This document shows, piece by piece, positions 58,223 to 64,000 of a stretch of DNA of 64,000 nt (the first letter of the stretch is position 1; the number at the start of each line of letters is the position of its first letter). The notes under the pieces are model-generated. The model was given only the letters and a program-made list of their open reading frames with translations. It searched no databases and had not been told where the DNA came from. Location of the stretch: assembly GCA_001643675.2 (NCBI GenBank), contig LSRY02000064.1, positions 355,424 to 419,423 of the forward strand, in the 5' to 3' direction. Source of the DNA: Monocercomonoides exilis PA203. Lineage: Eukaryota; Protista; Preaxostyla. A program made the translations under genes and the position numbers.

Positions 58223-60654
58223 GTGATTATTTTATCAATAATATTTTTAATTCATTCATGTATGTTTGTATCATGCACCAAAAATAATTCAAAATAATTA
58301 ATTTTTACAATAGTTTTTTGAAGAAACTATTTTTGTTTTTGTATTATATTGTTATTTGTTTCGAAATTTGAAAACTCATTCTCCTTAACAATCAGATCAC
58401 ACAGAAAAAATGAGTTGAGAAAAGAATGTTTTTATTCAGGAAAAATCAAAAAAGAAATTCATCAGTTTGTTTTCATTTGAAACTTTCCATAAATATTCAA
58501 TAACCTATTTTTCATAATTGATATAAATCGATATTTTAATTTTAATTGGAGTTGGGCTATAAATTCACTCTGACCTTTTTTAATAAAACTCAGAAACAAA
58601 GCAGGTTTGCTTCGGAATAATGCTCCTCGATGAAGATTATTGAACACGATTAATGGGTGTTTAAAATGGGAACTTAGCTAATACATTAATTCGTTTTTGA
58701 CACTATAATCCGTATTGGAAATGAAAGAAGAACCTTATTGAATAACAATCAAAGACATCTTGGGAAATAATTTTGATCTTGCTTATTGGAAAGAAAGAGA
58801 AAAAAATATGATCACAGAGTTTGAAAAGAAACCGAACTCGTCCAACACAGTCCGGAGCTCTTGATTCTGTACAGATGAAAAAGGAAAAGAAAGAACGACA
58901 GAGGAGAAGATCTTGTAAGAGATCGAGCGAGTCCGAGTCGGATGCAAATTACATTGACATGATCGCGAGAAGGAAGCAAGGACAGCGTGAGAAAGGAAAT
59001 CGCATATATAGCCGGATGAAGAGACTGGAGGATGAAGATGACAGCAATTGGGATTCCAAAGACGAAGAAGAGCAGGAAGAGGAAGAGAGGTCGCAGATAT
59101 TTGTCAGAATTTTCCTTGTCGAATGGCTGACACTCTGGAGGCAGGCGGGAGAACTTAAACACTTTATAGTGTTATGAAAAGCTTTCTCAATTTGAATGAG
59201 TGATGACATCCTTTAAACCTTTATCCCGTTGAGTGAAAAGGAATTTTTAACTGGACAAATGAATGAAATTTGAAATGCCTTTGTTAGGAAAGCAATCACA
59301 GCTCAGGAAAGGAAGGACTTTCCCGAAGCGATCCGAGTAATTGAATTCCTCCAACTTGTTCTCGAATAGGGCTTAAAAGCAGCCAAAGCGATTATAGCCC
59401 TCACAGCAAAGGAGCTGAAGAAGACACAGCAATCCGAGGAGGAGAAAGAGCGGCTCAAAGGACTGTTCTGTGCGTACGCCCTGATAGCCGACTGCATCAG
59501 TTGCATTAATTTATTGAAAGTCGTGCTTTAGTCAAACTGGGAGAACGTGAAGGGGTTCCTTGAGGGAGGAAAGTCCAAAGAAATCCTAGAGAGCCTGAGG
59601 AGGTTGGTGGAAAGCACTAGCTTTTTTCGCCCAGAGGGGGATGTTCCAGGGTACGGAACATCCCCCGCTTCTCCCACAGCCTTCGGCCTTGTCTCAGCTA
59701 GGAGCGGACACTCAAGGAGGTTCAGCACAGGCAGGAACGCTCAAGGCTTCGCCTACAGGTAACTCCAAAAGCACGGCTTCGATTGGAGCTTCACGAATTT
59801 CAAGGAAAGAAGGAGGTCAACACAAGTCTTCCCACAGAACGCCCCAGCATCAGCTGGGAGAGTGGCCTCGATCACAGTTCCCCTCCCCCCAGCTCCCCCG
59901 AGGATACAGGGAGGATCAGCAACAGGGACAGCCCCTGGATCGAGCCAATGTGCCCAGAAAAAGCGAGTGGGAAGGAGGTTGCACTTCGCCGCGAGACAGA
60001 AATAAACGGAATGCTATCGAATTCCGAGAGAGTGACAATGCAACAGGGAATCTCACCCAATCGAGAGATGGATACGATAATGGAACCCGTGGGAGATTGC
60101 GAGAATATCGTAGAGGGATTGAGCCCGTTTGATCAAGAGATGAGGAGAAATCAAGAGATCTCGAGAGATCACGAGAAAGGATCATGAAGAGAGAGCATTG
60201 AAGGAGACTCCGTATATCCCCGCAAGACTAAGCAGAAGAACGAGCAGAAATCCGAGAAGGAGGAAGAGAAGGGAGCCTTGAGAGCTTCTGGGACTATTAT
60301 CGAGTCCCCAATTGGGATCGCCCTGGAGGTGAGCTCGAAGACAGCTATTGCAGATACTCTCGAAGGAGAAGTGAATACACAGATGCGGTTTGGCCACAAG
60401 ATGCCAGGAGAAAGGGAGAGGATAGTGATTGGACCACCGAAAGAGCCACTTCCTGGGAGACTGGTTAACAGACAAAGCAAGTGGAAGGAGATTGGTAGAG
60501 ATAAACAAGTTTGCCGTGGTTTAAGAGCTCAATGGATGAGCCCCCATCCCAAATCTCACTCGAGGAGAGAAAACGCAAGCAGGAGTTTCGGGGGACGACG
60601 GAGATGAGGAACAATTATTCATCCCTCTTGCCGGAGGAACTGATAGACTGAGCG

Positions 60655-62420
60655 GTGAAGCCCATACAGAAGTCGGAGGTGAAGTGGTTCAACCCAACAT
60701 TCATGGTGATAAAGAAAAACGGAAAGTGGAGAAAGATCAAGGACTGCAGGGCGCTCAACGAGGAAGTGCAGGGAAAGCATTTCAAGATGGATTCCCAGGA
60801 GACAGTGGTGGAACTCCTGAAGGAGAACGATTGGATGACCACTCTGGACATATCGGGTGCATACCAACATGTCAAGGTGGACGAGCAATTCAGTCCCTTC
60901 CTGTGCTTCAGCTTTCAGAAGCAATGCCATTCTTACGTAGGGATGCCTTTTGGAGCGCAAGATGCGCCCAGAGGATTCACAAAGATAATGATACGAGCAG
61001 TGTCTTATATCAGAGAGAAGTGAATAGCGAAGCTAGAAATACTCTTGAACGATATTTTCCTCATGCATCCAGACAGGGATGCGTTAAGATTGATCTCGCA
61101 GGAGATAGCCCAGTTCCAGTGGAGTCTGGGCTGGATACTGTCGGAAGAGAAATTGAACTTGTAATCAACAAGGAGTGTGGAGTTCCTTGGATTGCTTTGG
61201 AACTCGGAAAAGATGGAAATGACGCTCCAAGAGAGGAAGAGAGTGCTGCTCCTGGAGGATGTGCGAACCTGGATAGCACTGGCAAAGAAGAGGAGGAGAC
61301 AAAAGACGAGAGACTTAGCAGCACTCCTCGTGAGGTTGAATTTTGTGAGGTTACAACACCCACCAGCGAGCTTGTGGATGAAGCGCATGCAATACATACT
61401 GAGGCAGGCAATAGCCCGCGGAGGCTGGAAGGGAACGGTGATAGTCAGCCCAATGATACTGGGAGAATTAACACACTGGAGAAAGATACTACAGGAAAAC
61501 AGACCAAGGAGTCTGAAGAGAAGGAACAGACCAGCGGTACTAACGACGGACGCTTCAGAGCTGGGATGGGGTGCAGTGCTAACAATACCGAGAGAGAACA
61601 AAGAGGAGAAGATATATGTCCACGGAAGTTGGACCATCCAGGAGAGCGCGTTTGCGATAAACGAGAAGGAGTCCAGAGCAGTGTTGAAGACTTTAGAAAG
61701 GAAAGGAGCATGGCTGAAAGAACAGAGGATAGATCATATTTGGTTGAATACAGACAACATGTCCACGAGATGGACAACACAGAAGAAGAAGGGAGAACCA
61801 TCTCTCATTCCAACACTGAGAGCATTAGAGAAGAAATTGAACAGCCTGGACATAAAAATACAAACAGAAAATATCCCGGAAGCACAAAACACGGAAGCAG
61901 ATGCACTCAGCCGGATGGCGAGAGAACAGGACAATGCACTGAGGTGGGAGAAAGTCGCAGAGATATTGCAAATAGTCGCACCGAGAACACAAGATATTAC
62001 TTAAGGACCGATTGCACCAGTACAATGCGGAAGAACTTGGAAACTATTTTCTCTGAGAAGGGAGAGATAGAAAGAAATACCAAAAGAAGAGATAGTGCGA
62101 GTCCATCCGTTCCTGAGAATCATTGGACGGGTGCTGAAAGAGAAGATGAACGAAGCTCAGAGGGAACGGACGATTCTGATTCTGCCAGCCTAGCGGGTGC
62201 AGACCTGGACCCCGCGACTGCAGCCTGGGCATTCGACAAAGACCCTGGGGACTTTTCAGGAGTGCATGATTCCGGGAGCGAGGATGAGAAGGGAAGGCTG
62301 GAAACTACCCCCAGGGGAGGTGATATCCGTCACACTGGAGAGGAAAATATTCCAGGAAGGTGCCTCTTCCTCACATGGGGAGAATACGTTGGAGCAAAAA
62401 ACATTGCAGCAGCAATTCTG
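60655..62420 (+). pseudogene. RT-RNase H-(MT-like) pol frame of the DIRS element, with premature stops
   Basis: KKNGKWRKIKDCRALN, HFKMD, TLDISGAYQHV, GMPFG..APRGFTK, YLDD degenerated to LLND, EFLG, TDASELGWGA, TDN, NTEADALSR. Stops at 61021, 61162, 62002 and beyond. Confidence 0.9.
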
Positions 62421-63647
62421 AAAAATCAAAAGAGTGAAAGAGATACGTGGAGAGCGCTACGAAGAATAAAGCAGTTTTTTGATAGAGAGAGCATGAATGA
62501 CACTGACACCCTCACATCCAGAGATGCCAAGTGGATTATGGCAGAGTTAACCGAAACGCAATCAAGCTCTAACCTGTCAAGAGGAGTGATATATCAGACG
62601 GTACGGAAAGTGCTTGATAAAATAAATCTGTTTAGAGAGATAAAGATTGATGGGAAGGACATAGAAATATTTTAAAAGACTTATGTGGGAGAGAAGCTGA
62701 GAATGGTCAAGCGACACAAATTAATGTGGGACTTGACAATCATCACGAAATGGGCAGAAGCCACCCACGATATGACGGACCCACAGATCCTCCAAAGGAG
62801 AGCTCTCATCCTGACCATGATCTTTGGAGTTTTAAGTCCAGCAGAGCTGGAAAGAATGAGAAGAGAGACAACGAAATTAAAAGATTATACAATACTCACA
62901 CAAGTACAAACCAAAACATCGGGAAGGGAGACGGTAAAGGTTATTATATATACACACCCCAATTCACGTATCGATGCAGCAGGGGAGCTCCAACGTTGGT
63001 TAGAGTTTACAAAGACAATTTTTCAGAATGAACAGGTGTGGTCTGACATAGAGGGGAGCGGGCCTTCAAATTTGCAGAGAATAAAGGAAGAACAAACAGC
63101 TATTCTTAGAGAGAACGGAATACCTGAAACTTTCACGGGGAACTCTATAAGACACGCAGTGATTACACACTTAGCAAGACAAGAAGGAGCGGACTGGAAG
63201 GCTATCAATGCTTATGCGAGATTGGCCTCGGGTTCGAGAGTGGCCCAGGAATATTACACCGAGCTACCAGTTCAAGACACGAGATGGATCCTGGAGACGA
63301 TCTGCGGCCCAGTACCCCTTGTAGGAAATGGAGACAAGTTGGAGAAGGACAGCGAGAAAGAGAATATAAGAAATGAGAATACAGAATCAGGAATAACGGA
63401 ATATTCAGGAGAAAGTTTGCAAGCTGGAGGAGAAGTGGAGGTGAGCAAGAGGAAGAGATCGAAGAGACGAGGGACTATTCGAGATAAGAGTTTACGGCAT
63501 GAGAGCGAAATAGCTGAACAACCCGAGCGTTGGGGAACACCCTTCATAGTTCCCAGTAGCGAAAGCGAGCTTACGGGAGAGAAGGATCCAACTCCGCTGA
63601 AGAGGAGGGGAAAAGATCGGAAGAGGCGTAGCGGAAGAAGTATTTAA
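60684..63647 (+). pseudogene. DIRS overlapping ORF3 with C-terminal tyrosine recombinase; one in-frame TAA at 62673
   Basis: The 663-aa and 320-aa ORFs are in the same frame (offset 2001). YR boxes are degenerate: LSPAEL (for R), QTKT, NSIRHA (HxxR), ARLASGSRVAQEYY. Confidence 0.82.
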
Positions 63648-63766
63648 CAGATAGGTAATGACACTGAAGAGGCAAGGGCCAAATCTATGTCGCCTCAAAG
63701 ATATACCAAGAGGGAGCGGGTATAGACCAGGAGGTTTGCACCACTATACGCACGCTCTCAACTCAT

Positions 63767-64000
63767 CCGCCGCACTAGATGGTGCTGGAAAGGGGGTTTT
63801 TGATCACACATACGGAGATAAAAGGGATTTCGAGACTCATTATTGAGGAGTAAACCTGTCTCACTGCGTTCTATCAATTCGCAAAAAAGCTAATCTATTA
63901 ACGCAAGGAGCAGGTTTACTCCTCAATAATGAGTCTCGAAATCCCTTTTATCTCCGTATGTGTGATCAAAAACCCCTTTCCAGCACCATCTGTGCGGCGG
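63767..64000. repeat. Inverted repeat / fold-back downstream of YR: left arm to 63858, right arm from 63911, running off the window
   Basis: CCGCCGCACTAGATGG...GAGTAAACCTG versus CAGGTTTACTC...CCATCTGTGCGGCGG, with two single-base indels. Confidence 0.92.

Larger units (their letters stand above)
58720..64000 (+). mobile_element. Decayed DIRS-type (tyrosine recombinase) retrotransposon; boundaries approximate
   Basis: Shift to purine-rich, higher-GC sequence. Broken gag-like region, then RT, RNase H, a methyltransferase-like tail and an overlapping ORF ending in a YR domain, which is the DIRS1-type layout. Confidence 0.9.

Noticed and set aside
60600-62700. Directional G-to-A hypermutation of the DIRS copy
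   Set aside because: Some lesions look like TGG>TGA/TAG or GAC>AAC, but others look like G>T. It cannot be supported without a consensus.
492-63647. Alternative genetic code (TAA/TAG = Gln) known from some oxymonads
   Set aside because: STT3, REV1, the transposase and the receptors end at TAA at expected C-termini, and multi-kb ORFs have no internal TAA/TAG.
58720-63647. RT next to variable receptors as a diversity-generating retroelement
   Set aside because: The RT is DIRS-type with RNase H and YR and is decayed. No template/variable repeat pair differing only at adenines was seen.

Overview
Eukaryotic genomic DNA with AT-rich spacers, the standard genetic code (genes end in TAA/TGA) and short GT-AG introns. 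Gene style suggests an oxymonad protist such as Monocercomonoides (inference). About 45% of the window is three intronless giant paralogues (492-9623 +, 19682-27487 -, 45270-57371 +). Each encodes a signal peptide, a variable beta-helix-like head, 4-8 Cys-motif modules of ~315-400 aa, one TM helix and a cytoplasmic pseudokinase. The three are mosaics of one another, with module gain/loss and small patches exchanged, and are the best candidate here for an undescribed system (a recombination-diversified surface receptor family). Between them lie a legumain lacking both catalytic residues, STT3, a low-complexity protein, a lineage-specific hypothetical protein, AMPK-beta, a divergent 14-3-3 and REV1. 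An intact Merlin/IS1595-type transposon (TIRs, 8-bp TSD) appears to sit inside REV1 intron 1. A decayed DIRS-type tyrosine-recombinase retrotransposon fills the right end. Two fold-back palindromes (28211-29244 and 63767-64000) share an odd centre that is garbled on one side; they may be true spacerless palindromes or long-read artefacts.
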